A stretch of 56,662 nt of DNA, from NCBI GenBank assembly GCA_049515295.1, contig JBEKUF010000003.1, positions 1 through 56,662 of the forward strand, written 5' to 3'. Origin of the DNA: Verrucomicrobiia bacterium. GTDB lineage: Bacteria; Verrucomicrobiota; Verrucomicrobiia; Palsa-1439. Position 1 is the first letter of the stretch. Each line of letters starts with the position of its first letter. The notes beneath the pieces were generated by a model that worked only from the letters and a program-made list of their open reading frames with translations, had not been told where the DNA came from and did not search any database. A program made the position numbers and the translations under genes. Shown here piece by piece: positions 9,588 through 19,440 of this stretch.

Positions 9588-10649
9588 CTATTGCCCGATA
9601 AGTACAGGCGCACCCACGGGAGCTGGGACGCCACCCGCACGTTCGACCGTCACGGCAAACTTGTCAATGCACGCCATGTCCTTGGCCAGCTTGACCGGGA
9701 ACACTGCGTGGCCCGAATCATCCGTCCAGCCCATGCCTGCCGCGACCGGCGGTTCACTGCCGCAGATCGCCCAAAGTTCCAGACATTTACCCTGGCCCTG
9801 TTGGACGGGAGAGCAATTGGAGACGACCATAAATCCCGTTTTCCTGCCGCCATTCCAATACACCTTGGCTACGACCTTGCTTTCGCCCTTGGGGTCGACA
9901 AGCGGCGTCACGCGAGTGGCGGGATCCATGAACAAATCGAGCGACGAAGTTTCCTCGTCCATCTTCCTCTGCAGCACGGCCGTTTGCAGGTTCTGTTGCT
10001 CGACCTGGTCGCGCATCCGGCCGGTCGCCCGCAGCAATCCATCCTTCTCTTCCGACAACTGTTTGTTGGCGGCGCGCAACGCATCCAGATCATGCTTCTG
10101 TTCCACGTTCTTGGTGCGAAGCTGCTCCAACTTCCCGCCAAAGTCCTTGTTTTGGGCCTCAAGGCGGCCATTCAGATCGGCGAGGCTGCCCTGCTGCTCC
10201 CTATTCGTGGCGACAAGACTATTGTACGCATCCGTTGTCGCCCGAAGCTGGCGCGTCACGATTTGAAGTTGAGTGTTCAGGTTCATCAATACAACGGCGA
10301 GCACGGCCGCCGCAGCCCACGGGACGAGACGGACGATGACCGCGCCAACATGAAAGCCCGGCGGTTTCGCACGCGGGGCGGGAACAGCCACCGCAGCGCC
10401 AGCCGGTGCAGTCGTAGGTCGTTTGCCGTCGTCAACCGCTGCCGCGATCCGATCGTACAGGTTTGGCGACGGCTTCGCCGATGGCGCCGCCAGGGCAATC
10501 TGGTCCGCGACCGCCTGATACTCAGCCAACTCCGCGATACATCGTTCGCGGTTCTCGGCGATGTACCGCTCAAAATTGTGCAGCTCGTCTCCGTCGAGCG
10601 CGCCGACGACGTAGAGCGGGAGCATCTCGCGGAATGCCTCGTGAGTCAT
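9588..10649 (-). CDS. anti-sigma factor (N-terminal zf-HC2-like anti-sigma domain, TM helix, coiled coil, RskA-like C-domain)
   Basis: MTHEAFREMLPLYVVGALDGDELHNFERYIAENRERC..., TM segment VPWAAAAVLAVVLMNL, C-terminal ...CLELWAICGSEPPVAAGMG. The start overlaps the sigma gene stop. Confidence 0.75.
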   Translation of the reverse strand: MTHEAFREMLPLYVVGALDGDELHNFERYIAENRERCIAELAEYQAVADQIALAAPSAKPSPNLYDRIAAAVDDGKRPTTAPAGAAVAVPAPRAKPPGFHVGAVIVRLVPWAAAAVLAVVLMNLNTQLQIVTRQLRATTDAYNSLVATNREQQGSLADLNGRLEAQNKDFGGKLEQLRTKNVEQKHDLDALRAANKQLSEEKDGLLRATGRMRDQVEQQNLQTAVLQRKMDEETSSLDLFMDPATRVTPLVDPKGESKVVAKVYWNGGRKTGFMVVSNCSPVQQGQGKCLELWAICGSEPPVAAGMGWTDDSGHAVFPVKLAKDMACIDKFAVTVERAGGVPAPVGAPVLIGQ

Positions 10650-11254
10650 GGGCTCTGGTCCCCCTTGCCGCCGCCACCAAGTTGCTCGCGTAGCCGCATC
10701 ATCCCGTTCCGTATCCGCGTCTTCACGGTGCCCAACGGCTGGCTGAGTTGTTGGGCAATTTCAAATTGGGTCAATCCACCGAAATACGCCAGTTCAATGG
10801 CCACGCGCTGCTCGGACGGCAGCGATTTCAACGCCGTGCGAACCGTCCGTTGCGCTTCGGTCGCCAACGCCTCGTCCGCCGGCGTCCTCGCCTCGCCAAC
10901 CTGCGAAGCGTCCTTCGCCATGGATTCGGTGACGCGGGTGCGCGTCTTGCGCGACCGGAGCCGGTCGATGGCCCGGCTGCGGGTCAGCATGATCAGCCAC
11001 CCGATCGGTTTGCCGCGCCCCTCGTCGAACGAGCCCGCCGTTTTCCAAACCTGCACGAAAGCTTCCTGCAGCACGTCCTCCGCCTCGGCGCGGTCGGAGA
11101 GAACCTTCAGCGCCAAAGCAAACAGCACGGCGCTGTGGCGAGTGTATAGCTGCCGAAGCGCCTCCTTGTCGCGGGCGGCCACGGCGCGCAACAATGCGCG
11201 GTCGTCCGCCCCCTCTGTCGATGACGTGTTCACGCGGTCCTGGCCATCAGGCAT
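10646..11254 (-). CDS. ECF-type RNA polymerase sigma-70 family factor
   Basis: Region 2 (AEDVLQEAFVQVWKTAGSF) and region 4 (LPSEQRVAIELAYFGGLTQFEIAQQLSQPLGTVKTRIRNGMMRLREQL). Start chosen at MPDGQDRV (ATG at 11254); the track ORF goes to 11341. Confidence 0.85.
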   Translation of the reverse strand: MPDGQDRVNTSSTEGADDRALLRAVAARDKEALRQLYTRHSAVLFALALKVLSDRAEAEDVLQEAFVQVWKTAGSFDEGRGKPIGWLIMLTRSRAIDRLRSRKTRTRVTESMAKDASQVGEARTPADEALATEAQRTVRTALKSLPSEQRVAIELAYFGGLTQFEIAQQLSQPLGTVKTRIRNGMMRLREQLGGGGKGDQSP

Positions 11255-11598
11255 GGGCGGACTGTAGCAATCGCGCCACAGGCTGGCTAGTGAAAAAGTT
11301 CCCCAGACCTCGCAGGAACCAAATGACTCAGTGAGATACATGCAAAATGCTTGTCAGGACGTTTACGCCGCCTGCTCTTGACAATAACTGTCTTCGTCCA
11401 CGTCGGCGCGGCAGTGAATTCCACCGGCACAGTGCGCCAGATAATGAGGGCGCCGCATCGCCCGCGTGGCGCCCGCGCGAATCGGTGCCTTCGCGATCCA
11501 AACGCTATTCTCGGTCGTCTCATTCCAGGAATACTACGGATGCGGGACAGAAGATGGATTGCGAACGGGGAAAAGCTTCGAAACCATGCCCAGATCGC

Positions 11599-13935
11599 TC
11601 AGGTTTCCATCAGACGGCCGATGGCATTCCACCAAATGTCTCGCAACCGGGCCACGTCCCACGACAGCTCGCCCCCTTGCGCATGGATTGTTAACTCGCT
11701 GCCTCCCGTCGCGCCCAGCACGGTCACGGGAAGCGCACCTTGCGCGATTTGTTCGACGTTTTCGGGAGCGCAACTCACAATCACTCGCGACTGCGCTTCT
11801 CCAAACAGCGCCGCATCCAACCTCGTCCCAAGTGTGCCCAAATCAACGGTCGCGCCCACCATCGCGTCGCCATTGGTCATGCAGCATTCGGCAAGCGCCA
11901 CCGCCAGACCGCCTTCGCTGCAATCGTGGGCGCTCTTCACCCATCCCTTGCGAATGATTTCCAGCACGAAATCCGACAGCCGCTTCGCAAACGCCAGATC
12001 CATCCGCGGCGCACGGCCCGTCTTCAGCCCGTGAATCCGTTTCAGGTACTCGCTCCCGCCAAGCTCGTCGCCAATCTCCCCAATCAGCAGCACCGCATCG
12101 CCCGCGCCCTTGAACCATTGTGTGGTGATGTGTTTCGGATCGTCGATCAATCCCAGCATCCCGATCGTCGGCGTCGGATCGATCGCGCCCGCGGGAGATT
12201 CGTTGTAAAAACTCACGTTCCCGCCCGTCACCGGCGTGTGGAACATGTTGCACGCCTCGCAGATCCCCTCCACGCACCGGCGGAACTGCCAGAACACTTC
12301 CGGCTTCATCGGGTTGCCAAAATTCAGGTTGTCCGTAATCGCCAACGGTCGCGCCCCGCTGCACACCAGGTTCCGCACCGCTTCCGCGACCGCGATCTTG
12401 CCGCCTTCCAACGGATCAAGGTGGCAATACGTCGCGTTGCAGTCGGTCGTGAACGCGATGTATTTGTCTTGCCGCGCCGAAGCGGCTTCAGCCGCGAAGG
12501 CGGGCGCCCCCAGATCCGGGCGGCTCAAATTGATTCGCACCACCGCCGCGTCGCTGCCGGGCGCGACCACCGTCCCGTGCTGCACCATGTAATCGTATTG
12601 CCGATACACCCAGTTCTTCGAGGCGATGCTCGGCGAACCGAGCAGCTTGACCAACACGTCCTGCAGGTCGTCCGGTTCGACAACGCTCCGCACATCAAAT
12701 TTCGCGTGGCGGATTTCCCACTCCGGTTGTTTCGCCTCGCGATAGTACACCGGCGCATCCTCGGCCAGTTGTTTGGCCGGTATCTCCGCCGCCACGTCAT
12801 TCCCGACCTTCACCCGCATCAGGCCGTCGCCCGTCACGCGGCCAATCGTCACGCCGTGCAGGTCCCACTTGTTGAAAATCGCCTCGACCTCTTTCTCGCG
12901 TCCCTTCTGCGCGATCAACAACATCCGCTCCTGCGACTCGCTCAACATGATTTCATACGGCGTCATCCCCGTCTCGCGTTTCGGCACCAGATTCAAATCG
13001 ATCTCGTTGCCCGTGCCGCCCCGGCTCGCCGTCTCGCACGTCGAACACGTCAACCCCGCCGCGCCCATGTCCTGAATGCCCACCACCAACCCGTCCGTCC
13101 GCATCACCTCCAGGCAGGCCTCCAACAACAGCTTCTCCATGAACGGGTCGCCCACCTGCACCGCCGGCCGGTCCTGTGGCGATTCTCGAGTAAGTTCCCG
13201 CGACGCAAACGCCGCCCCCGCCAGTCCGTCCCGTCCCGTCGCGCTGCCAACGTAAATCACCGGGTTGTCCACGCCCGCCGCCTTGCCCCGTTTGATCTGG
13301 TCGTGGCGCAAGACGCCCAGTGACACCACGTTGACCAGCGGATTGCCGTTGTAGCACTCGTCGAAGTACACCTCGCCCCCCACCGTCGGGACCCCGATGC
13401 AATTGCCGTAATGCGCAATCCCCGCCACCACCCCGGCAAACAGCCGGCGGTTTTGGGAAGCGTTCCCGGTTCCCGGTTCCCGGCTCGACACTGAACCCTG
13501 AACCTTGAACTCTGAACCATTTTCTATCGGCCCAAACCGCAACGAGTTCATATTCAGAATCGGCCGCGCCCCCATCGTGAATATGTCGCGGATGATCCCG
13601 CCCACGCCCGTCGCCGCGCCCTGGAACGGCTCGACCGCGCTCGGGTGATTGTGCGACTCGATCTTGAACGCGATCGCCCAGCCGTCGCCGATGTCCACGA
13701 TCCCCGCGTTCTCCTCGCCCGCCTTCACCAAAATGAACGGCGCCTCCCGCGGGAATTTCTTCAGCTCGGGCCGCGAGTTCTTGTAACTGCAATGCTCGCT
13801 CCACATCACCGAAAATATCCCCAGCTCGGTTATGTTCGGCGCGCGTCCGAGGATCTTCTTGATCCGCTCGAACTCGTCGTCCGTGATCCCATGCCGCGCG
13901 ATGATCTCGGGCGTTATAATCACCTCGTTCTTCAT
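11599..13935 (-). CDS. purL: phosphoribosylformylglycinamidine synthase subunit II
   Basis: 778 aa. Motifs [47 protein letters not shown] and [14 protein letters not shown]. Confidence 0.95.
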   Translation of the reverse strand: MKNEVIITPEIIARHGITDDEFERIKKILGRAPNITELGIFSVMWSEHCSYKNSRPELKKFPREAPFILVKAGEENAGIVDIGDGWAIAFKIESHNHPSAVEPFQGAATGVGGIIRDIFTMGARPILNMNSLRFGPIENGSEFKVQGSVSSREPGTGNASQNRRLFAGVVAGIAHYGNCIGVPTVGGEVYFDECYNGNPLVNVVSLGVLRHDQIKRGKAAGVDNPVIYVGSATGRDGLAGAAFASRELTRESPQDRPAVQVGDPFMEKLLLEACLEVMRTDGLVVGIQDMGAAGLTCSTCETASRGGTGNEIDLNLVPKRETGMTPYEIMLSESQERMLLIAQKGREKEVEAIFNKWDLHGVTIGRVTGDGLMRVKVGNDVAAEIPAKQLAEDAPVYYREAKQPEWEIRHAKFDVRSVVEPDDLQDVLVKLLGSPSIASKNWVYRQYDYMVQHGTVVAPGSDAAVVRINLSRPDLGAPAFAAEAASARQDKYIAFTTDCNATYCHLDPLEGGKIAVAEAVRNLVCSGARPLAITDNLNFGNPMKPEVFWQFRRCVEGICEACNMFHTPVTGGNVSFYNESPAGAIDPTPTIGMLGLIDDPKHITTQWFKGAGDAVLLIGEIGDELGGSEYLKRIHGLKTGRAPRMDLAFAKRLSDFVLEIIRKGWVKSAHDCSEGGLAVALAECCMTNGDAMVGATVDLGTLGTRLDAALFGEAQSRVIVSCAPENVEQIAQGALPVTVLGATGGSELTIHAQGGELSWDVARLRDIWWNAIGRLMET
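13462..13518. repeat. intragenic inverted heptamer arrays inside purL (3x GGTTCCC, spacer, 4x TGAACNN)
   Basis: Read directly: gttcccggttcccggttcccgg ctcgaca ctgaaccctgaaccttgaactctgaacc. It encodes most of the extra ~20 aa ([21 protein letters not shown]) between LRFG and the VVAGI..GNCIG box. Confidence 0.65.
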
Positions 13936-14251
13936 CTCGCCAAAGCCTGTATATCACGCGCAACCCCCGAAAGCGAAGCCGAGTCCGCGAGACGCGCCGA
14001 ATCTTTGCCGACGGCGCAACAGTCTCTGTCGTGCAGCGTCTGACGACCTGAATGCCCCGCCGTGTCTCCGCGTGACTGTAAGAAGTTTTGCTTTGACAGA
14101 CTCCGGTGGCGGCGTAGCATGCCGGCCAAGAGGTGCCAATGTGAAATACCTATCTGAGATCATTAGTGCCATCCTTGGTTTCTTGGCGGGTGTCGCAGTT
14201 ATGTGTCACTGATGCCTACTCCACCTCTCGCACTAGCGCGCCCCTTCCCCT

Positions 14252-14288
14252 CGCATCCACGCCCGTAAGTCGTTGATTTTTGGCTTGC
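14252..14288 (+). repeat. 37-bp direct repeat, left copy (flanks the MNT-HEPN cassette)
   Basis: cgcatccacGcccgtaagtcgttgatttttggcttgc; 36/37 identical to 15449-15485. Confidence 0.9.
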
Positions 14289-14321
14289 CACAAAAAATGA
14301 CTGGCGTAACCATACGATTGT

Positions 14322-14987
14322 ATGGTAAAAGCATACAGAATGAATCCACTGGCGGAAATCCTCTCCTCGCGTGTCAAAGCGGAGATATTCCGCCTCTTGT
14401 TCGGCGTGGATCAGCAGGAACTGCATGTGCGTGAAATCCAGCGGCAATCCGGCTTCTCCGTGGGCACCGTTCAGCAGGAATTGCGGCGGTTGAGCCGCCT
14501 CGGCTTGATTACGTCGCGCCGCGATGGCAATCGAGTGTATTTCCGCGCCAACGCCGAGCACCCCTTGGCCCCGGACATCCACAATCTGGTGCTGAAAACC
14601 AGCGGCCTTGTCGAGGTCTTGCGTGGGGCCCTGCGTTGCGACAAAGTCCAGTTGGCCTTCGTCTTCGGCTCACTGGCCAGCGGTGGGGAGCGCGCCCACA
14701 GCGACGTGGACCTGATGGTGATCGGAGCGATTGGATTGCGGGCGCTGGGGAAACGGCTCTCAGGCGTGGCTGCCAAGCTGGGCCGCGAAGTCAACCCGCA
14801 CGCGATGACGCAGGAGGAATTCGTGCAACGAAGGGTCGGCGGGGAACACTTCATTTCCACTGTATTGGCCGCACCCAAGCTTTTTGTAATAGGAACTGAG
14901 CATGAGCTTGAAACACTCGGTCTTGACACTGTGCGTCTTCAGCGCCTCCTCATTCATACTCACGACCAACTTCGTAATCGGAACTGA
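14322..14987 (+). CDS. nucleotidyltransferase (MNT-type) with N-terminal ArsR-like wHTH; antitoxin partner of the HEPN gene
   Basis: wHTH (EIFRLLFGVDQQELHVREIQRQSGFSVGTVQQELRRLSRLGLI) and minimal NTase motif FVFGSLASGGERAHSDVDLMVIG (GS...DxD). Confidence 0.8.
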   Translation: MVKAYRMNPLAEILSSRVKAEIFRLLFGVDQQELHVREIQRQSGFSVGTVQQELRRLSRLGLITSRRDGNRVYFRANAEHPLAPDIHNLVLKTSGLVEVLRGALRCDKVQLAFVFGSLASGGERAHSDVDLMVIGAIGLRALGKRLSGVAAKLGREVNPHAMTQEEFVQRRVGGEHFISTVLAAPKLFVIGTEHELETLGLDTVRLQRLLIHTHDQLRNRN

Positions 14988-15003
14988 GCATGAGCTTGAA
15001 ACA
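14886..15003 (+). repeat. 88-nt-period duplication of the MNT/HEPN gene junction
   Basis: gtaatAggaactgagcatgagcttgaaaca at 14886-14915 recurs as gtaatCggaactgagcatgagcttgaaaca at 14974-15003. The second copy carries the real MNT stop and the HEPN ATG. Confidence 0.85.
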
Positions 15004-15445
15004 ATGGGCCGATAACGGCTGGCTGCGCCCGCACCAGACCAGCCCGCAGGAAATTGCTGACCTGCTGGCGATTGTCGAGCGCGACCTCGCCGATGCCGAA
15101 AGCGACATCTCGGCTGACTGGCGGTTCGGCATCGCTTACAACGCCGCGCTCAAGCTCTGCACGATCCTGCTGTCCGCCAGCGGCTACCGCCCCGACAAAG
15201 GGAATCTGGCCCACTATCGCACGCTCGCTGCGTTGCCCTTGATTCTCGGTCCAGAACACAAGGACGACGCCGACTACCTCGACACCTGTCGCACGAAACG
15301 CAATACCGTCGAGTACGACATGGCCGGCGCCGCCACGAAGCAAGAGGCCGCGGAGTTGGTCAACTATGCCAAAGAACTCCGCGACGACACGCTGGCATGG
15401 TTGCGGAAGAACCACCCCCACTTGCTGAAATCGAAGCGGCTGTGA
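14990..15445 (+). CDS. HEPN domain protein (putative toxin of the MNT-HEPN pair)
   Basis: 151 aa, all-helical style. C-terminal CRTKRNTVEYD resembles the R-x-x-R-N-x-x-x-Y HEPN motif. Its ATG lies 3 nt after the MNT stop. Confidence 0.7.
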   Translation: MSLKQWADNGWLRPHQTSPQEIADLLAIVERDLADAESDISADWRFGIAYNAALKLCTILLSASGYRPDKGNLAHYRTLAALPLILGPEHKDDADYLDTCRTKRNTVEYDMAGAATKQEAAELVNYAKELRDDTLAWLRKNHPHLLKSKRL

Positions 15446-15448
15446 CCG

Positions 15449-15485
15449 CGCATCCACCCCCGTAAGTCGTTGATTTTTGGCTTGC
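15449..15485 (+). repeat. 37-bp direct repeat, right copy
   Basis: cgcatccacCcccgtaagtcgttgatttttggcttgc, starting 4 nt after the HEPN stop. Confidence 0.9.
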
Positions 15486-15540
15486 TTTTGCAAACGGCCC
15501 CGCTATCTTCCCTGCCAAAGAAAGGGGTGGGGACCCTGTT

Positions 15541-18500
15541 ATGTATCTGAAGAGCCTTCAGCTCATCGGCTTCAAGTCGTTTGCTGAAAAGACAACGCTT
15601 GAGTATCTGCCGGGCGTGACCGCCATCGTCGGTCCGAACGGCTGCGGCAAATCCAACATCTCCGACGCCATCCGCTGGGTGCTCGGCGAACAATCGGCCA
15701 AGGCCCTCCGCGGCAGCGAGATGGCCGACGTGATCTTCAACGGCACCGACGGCCGCCGCGCCATCAACCTCGCCGAGGTCAGCATGACCTTCGCCGAGGT
15801 CGACCCGAAAACGCTGTCGCTGCCCGGCGTCAACCTCGATTTCACCGAGGTCACCATCACCCGCCGCGTCCACCGCGACGGCAATGGCGAGTACTTCATC
15901 AACAAAACCCCCTGCCGACTCCGCGACATCCAGGGCCTGTTCATGGACACCGGCATCGGCCGTTCCAGCTATTCGCTCATGGCCCAGGGCCAGATCGACC
16001 AGATTCTCAGCGCCCATCCCGAAGACCGCCGCACGATCTTCGAAGAAGCCGCCGGCATCAACAAGTACAAGCACCAGAAAAAAGAGGCCCTCCGCAAACT
16101 CGAATACACGGAAGCCAACCTCGTCCGCATCACCGACATCATCAAGGAAGTCAAACGCCAGATCATCTCGCTGCAACGTCAGGCCGGCAAAGCCCGCCGC
16201 TACAAGGAACTCTTCGACGAGCTCAAGGCCGTCGACACCCGGCTCGCCCGCCACAAGTACGATCTGCTGCACTCGGAAATCACCGGCCTGGAATCCCAAA
16301 TCGCCAACTTCGTCCAGCAGTCCGACGCGTTCTCGGCCCAGATCACGGAGAAGGAACAGCAAATCACCGATCTCCGCCGGTCGCTCAGTGAAATCGAGCG
16401 GGCCATCAATGAAGCCGCCACCCGCGACCACGAACTCAAGAGCGAAGCCGAACGTCATCAGCAGCGCATGACGACCAACGCCGAGCGCATCACCGAGCTC
16501 GAACAACTCATCGAGAACCATCACCGCGAGACCGCGGGGGCCGAGGAGAAGATCCGCGTCCAGGAAGAGCTGTTACAATCCCTCAACGCCGAGTTCCAGC
16601 AGATCGATTCCCTTCTCGCCGCCGAGCAGACGAAGTTGCGGGCGCAGCAGGAAGCCGTCCGGCAAGTGGACGCCGAGCTGGCCCGCAAAAACGCCGCCGC
16701 GAACGAAACCAAATCGGCGCTCATCGATCTGGAAAGCGCCATCGCCCACAGCCGCAACGAACTTTCCGCGCTCGACCAGAAGAAGAAATACGACGTCGTC
16801 CGCGCCCAACGGCTCTCCACCGAGCGATCGCAACTGGAAGACCAGCGGCGCGCGCTCGAACAACGGTTGCAGACCTACAACGACGGGTTGGCCGAGCTTC
16901 GCAGCAACGTCGGCGCGTTACAGGCCGCCCTCGCCGCCAAACAATTGGAATTACAAACCGTCACGTCGGCCGTCACCAGCGCCGTCGAGCAACATCACAC
17001 GTCGGTCGCCGATGCGTCCAGCAAACGCGCCCGCCTGGAAGTGCTGCAACGGTTCTTTGCCGCGCCAGATGGACGTTCGACGCTGGGACAAATCCTCGAT
17101 GTCGAGCCACCCTACGGCCCCGCCATCGAAGCCGCGCTCAACCATGCCATCCACACGATTCTGGCTGACGACCTCGACGCCGCCCGCCAATTGCTCGCCG
17201 GCGACCTGCAGAACCCCGCCGTGGCTGTGCCGGGCCTCTGTAGTGCAGAGCCCGCCGTCCCGATGGCGGAGAACACGAATGCGTCCGGGACGGACGGGGC
17301 TACACCGGCCATTTCCATTGTCCGCGTGCGTGATGCGCGGTTCGAGCCGCTCGTGCGCTCGTTGCTCGCCAACGTCGTGATCGCCGACGATCTCGATGCC
17401 GCGCTGGCGATCCGCGCGTCCGATGCGCCACGGGCAGTCGCAACGTTAGGCGGCCAGTTCGTGGACGAGCACGGTATCCTCAGCGCCGTCTCCAACAGCC
17501 ATATCGCCGAAATCAGCGCGTTGTCGCAGGAAGTCGCCCAGCTCCAGGACTGCCTGTCCGGGCAGGAATTGTCCAAGGACGAGCTGGAGCAACAGAAGGC
17601 CAATTGCGAAACGGAGCTTTCCGCTCTTCGCGCCGATCTCCACGCCAGGGAAGTGGCCCTGGCGTCGAAAGAGGGCGAACTCAGCGCCTTGGCAACCGAA
17701 GGCCGCGATCTGGAGAGCAAGGTCCACACCGTGGTGTTCGAACTCCAATCGATCGAGCAACAGGACGCCGAGGAGAAACAGCGGCGCGAGACCATTGGGA
17801 ACGGCCTGCGCGAGTCGGAAGGCCGCCAGACCGAATTGCAGCAGCAGATGAGCGCCGCGCAACACGCCGTGGATGAGTTGCTGGCCGACAAGGAGATAAT
17901 GAACCAGCAACTCACCGAGTTGCGGATCGGCGTCGGCGGCATCGAGCACAAGCGGCGCGCCATCGAGAGCCAGCGCGAACCGATTGCCGCCCGCGTCCGC
18001 GACCTCCGCGAACGCATCCAGACCTGTGCCAGCGAAATCACCAGTTACACCGCCAAGATCCAACAATTCCGCGCCGAGATCGCCGAGTCCGAAGCAACGA
18101 TTACGCAACTCGCCGCCACCCGCGCGCAATCCCAGCAGCGCATCGACGGTCTGCAGCATCAGCGCACCGAAGTGGCCACGGGCATCGGCCACGCCGAAGA
18201 AGAATTGCGCGCCGTGCGGAAACAGGCAAGCGAAGCCCAGTCGCAGAAGTCGGGCCTGGAAATCCAACTGGCCCAGAAACGGATGGAAGTCCAGAACCTG
18301 AAAGACCGCGTCTGGCAGAAGTATCAGGTCAACGTCAACGACGTGCGCAGCGACACGATCAGCATCACCCTGGCCGACCAGGGCCCGGTGGTCACCGAGC
18401 AGGTGCCTATGCCCGTCGATTGGGACGCGTTCGAGTTGCAGGTCACCGAGATGCAATCCAAGCTCGACGCCATGGGGCCCGTGAACGTCGAGGCAATCCA

Positions 18501-19440
18501 GGAATACGACGAGTTGGAGGAGCGCTACAAGTTCCTGACCCAACAGCACGAGGACCTCGTCAAGGCCAAGGACCAACTGTTGCAGGTCATCGCCAAGATC
18601 AATTCCACCACCAAACAACTGTTCAGCGAGACGTTCGAGAAGGTTCGCGAGAATTTCCAGTTGATGTACACCGAGTTGTTCGGGGGCGGCAAAGCCAACC
18701 TGATTCTGCTCGATGAACTGGACCCGCTCGAAAGCGGCATCGAAATCGTCGCCCGGCCGCCGGGCAAACAACTCCAGAGCATCACCCTGCTCAGTGGCGG
18801 CGAACGGGCGCTCACGGCGACCGCGTTGTTGTTTGCGATTTACATGGTCAAGCCGTCCCCGTTCTGCGTGCTCGACGAATTGGATGCGCCGCTCGATGAA
18901 TCGAACATCAACCGATTCGTCCGCATCCTGCAGCGGTTCATCACCCAATCGCAATTCGTCATCATCACCCACAACAAACGCACCATCGGCATGGCCGATG
19001 CGCTGTACGGGATCACCATGGAAGAACACGGGGTGTCGAAGGTCGTCAGCGTGAAGTTCAGCCCGCGCGAGGAGACCCAGCGCAAGGTCACGGAAAAACA
19101 GCGCGAAGAGCAGGAAGCTCGTATCGACGGCTCCGCCTCTGTCGCACAAGCCGCTTCGGCTGACAAAGACGCTTACGGTCTGCGCCCGCACGAGGAAGAG
19201 CTGCACAACGACCTGCTCGAGCAGAAGGAACAAACCCTCGCCCCGATTGCCGAGACTGCCCCCGTCATCGCCGACGCCGAACCGACCCTCGGCCAACCCG
19301 CTCCCGACGACATCAAGGCCGAAGTCCGGGCCGCCATCGCCGCCGCCGCCGAAGCCTCCGAGTCCGTGGAGCAAACAGTCGAAGAAGCCACGCCAAAACC
19401 GGCCACCGACACCGAGCCGCCCGCCGCACCGCAGGCATAG
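15541..19440 (+). CDS. smc: chromosome segregation protein SMC
   Basis: 1299 aa. Walker A (GPNGCGKSNISDAIRWVLGEQS), long coiled coils, hinge, signature LSGGERALTATALLFAI and Walker B (FCVLDELDAPLD). About 125 aa of acidic/Pro-rich tail follow the head domain. Confidence 0.95.
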   Translation: MYLKSLQLIGFKSFAEKTTLEYLPGVTAIVGPNGCGKSNISDAIRWVLGEQSAKALRGSEMADVIFNGTDGRRAINLAEVSMTFAEVDPKTLSLPGVNLDFTEVTITRRVHRDGNGEYFINKTPCRLRDIQGLFMDTGIGRSSYSLMAQGQIDQILSAHPEDRRTIFEEAAGINKYKHQKKEALRKLEYTEANLVRITDIIKEVKRQIISLQRQAGKARRYKELFDELKAVDTRLARHKYDLLHSEITGLESQIANFVQQSDAFSAQITEKEQQITDLRRSLSEIERAINEAATRDHELKSEAERHQQRMTTNAERITELEQLIENHHRETAGAEEKIRVQEELLQSLNAEFQQIDSLLAAEQTKLRAQQEAVRQVDAELARKNAAANETKSALIDLESAIAHSRNELSALDQKKKYDVVRAQRLSTERSQLEDQRRALEQRLQTYNDGLAELRSNVGALQAALAAKQLELQTVTSAVTSAVEQHHTSVADASSKRARLEVLQRFFAAPDGRSTLGQILDVEPPYGPAIEAALNHAIHTILADDLDAARQLLAGDLQNPAVAVPGLCSAEPAVPMAENTNASGTDGATPAISIVRVRDARFEPLVRSLLANVVIADDLDAALAIRASDAPRAVATLGGQFVDEHGILSAVSNSHIAEISALSQEVAQLQDCLSGQELSKDELEQQKANCETELSALRADLHAREVALASKEGELSALATEGRDLESKVHTVVFELQSIEQQDAEEKQRRETIGNGLRESEGRQTELQQQMSAAQHAVDELLADKEIMNQQLTELRIGVGGIEHKRRAIESQREPIAARVRDLRERIQTCASEITSYTAKIQQFRAEIAESEATITQLAATRAQSQQRIDGLQHQRTEVATGIGHAEEELRAVRKQASEAQSQKSGLEIQLAQKRMEVQNLKDRVWQKYQVNVNDVRSDTISITLADQGPVVTEQVPMPVDWDAFELQVTEMQSKLDAMGPVNVEAIQEYDELEERYKFLTQQHEDLVKAKDQLLQVIAKINSTTKQLFSETFEKVRENFQLMYTELFGGGKANLILLDELDPLESGIEIVARPPGKQLQSITLLSGGERALTATALLFAIYMVKPSPFCVLDELDAPLDESNINRFVRILQRFITQSQFVIITHNKRTIGMADALYGITMEEHGVSKVVSVKFSPREETQRKVTEKQREEQEARIDGSASVAQAASADKDAYGLRPHEEELHNDLLEQKEQTLAPIAETAPVIADAEPTLGQPAPDDIKAEVRAAIAAAAEASESVEQTVEEATPKPATDTEPPAAPQA

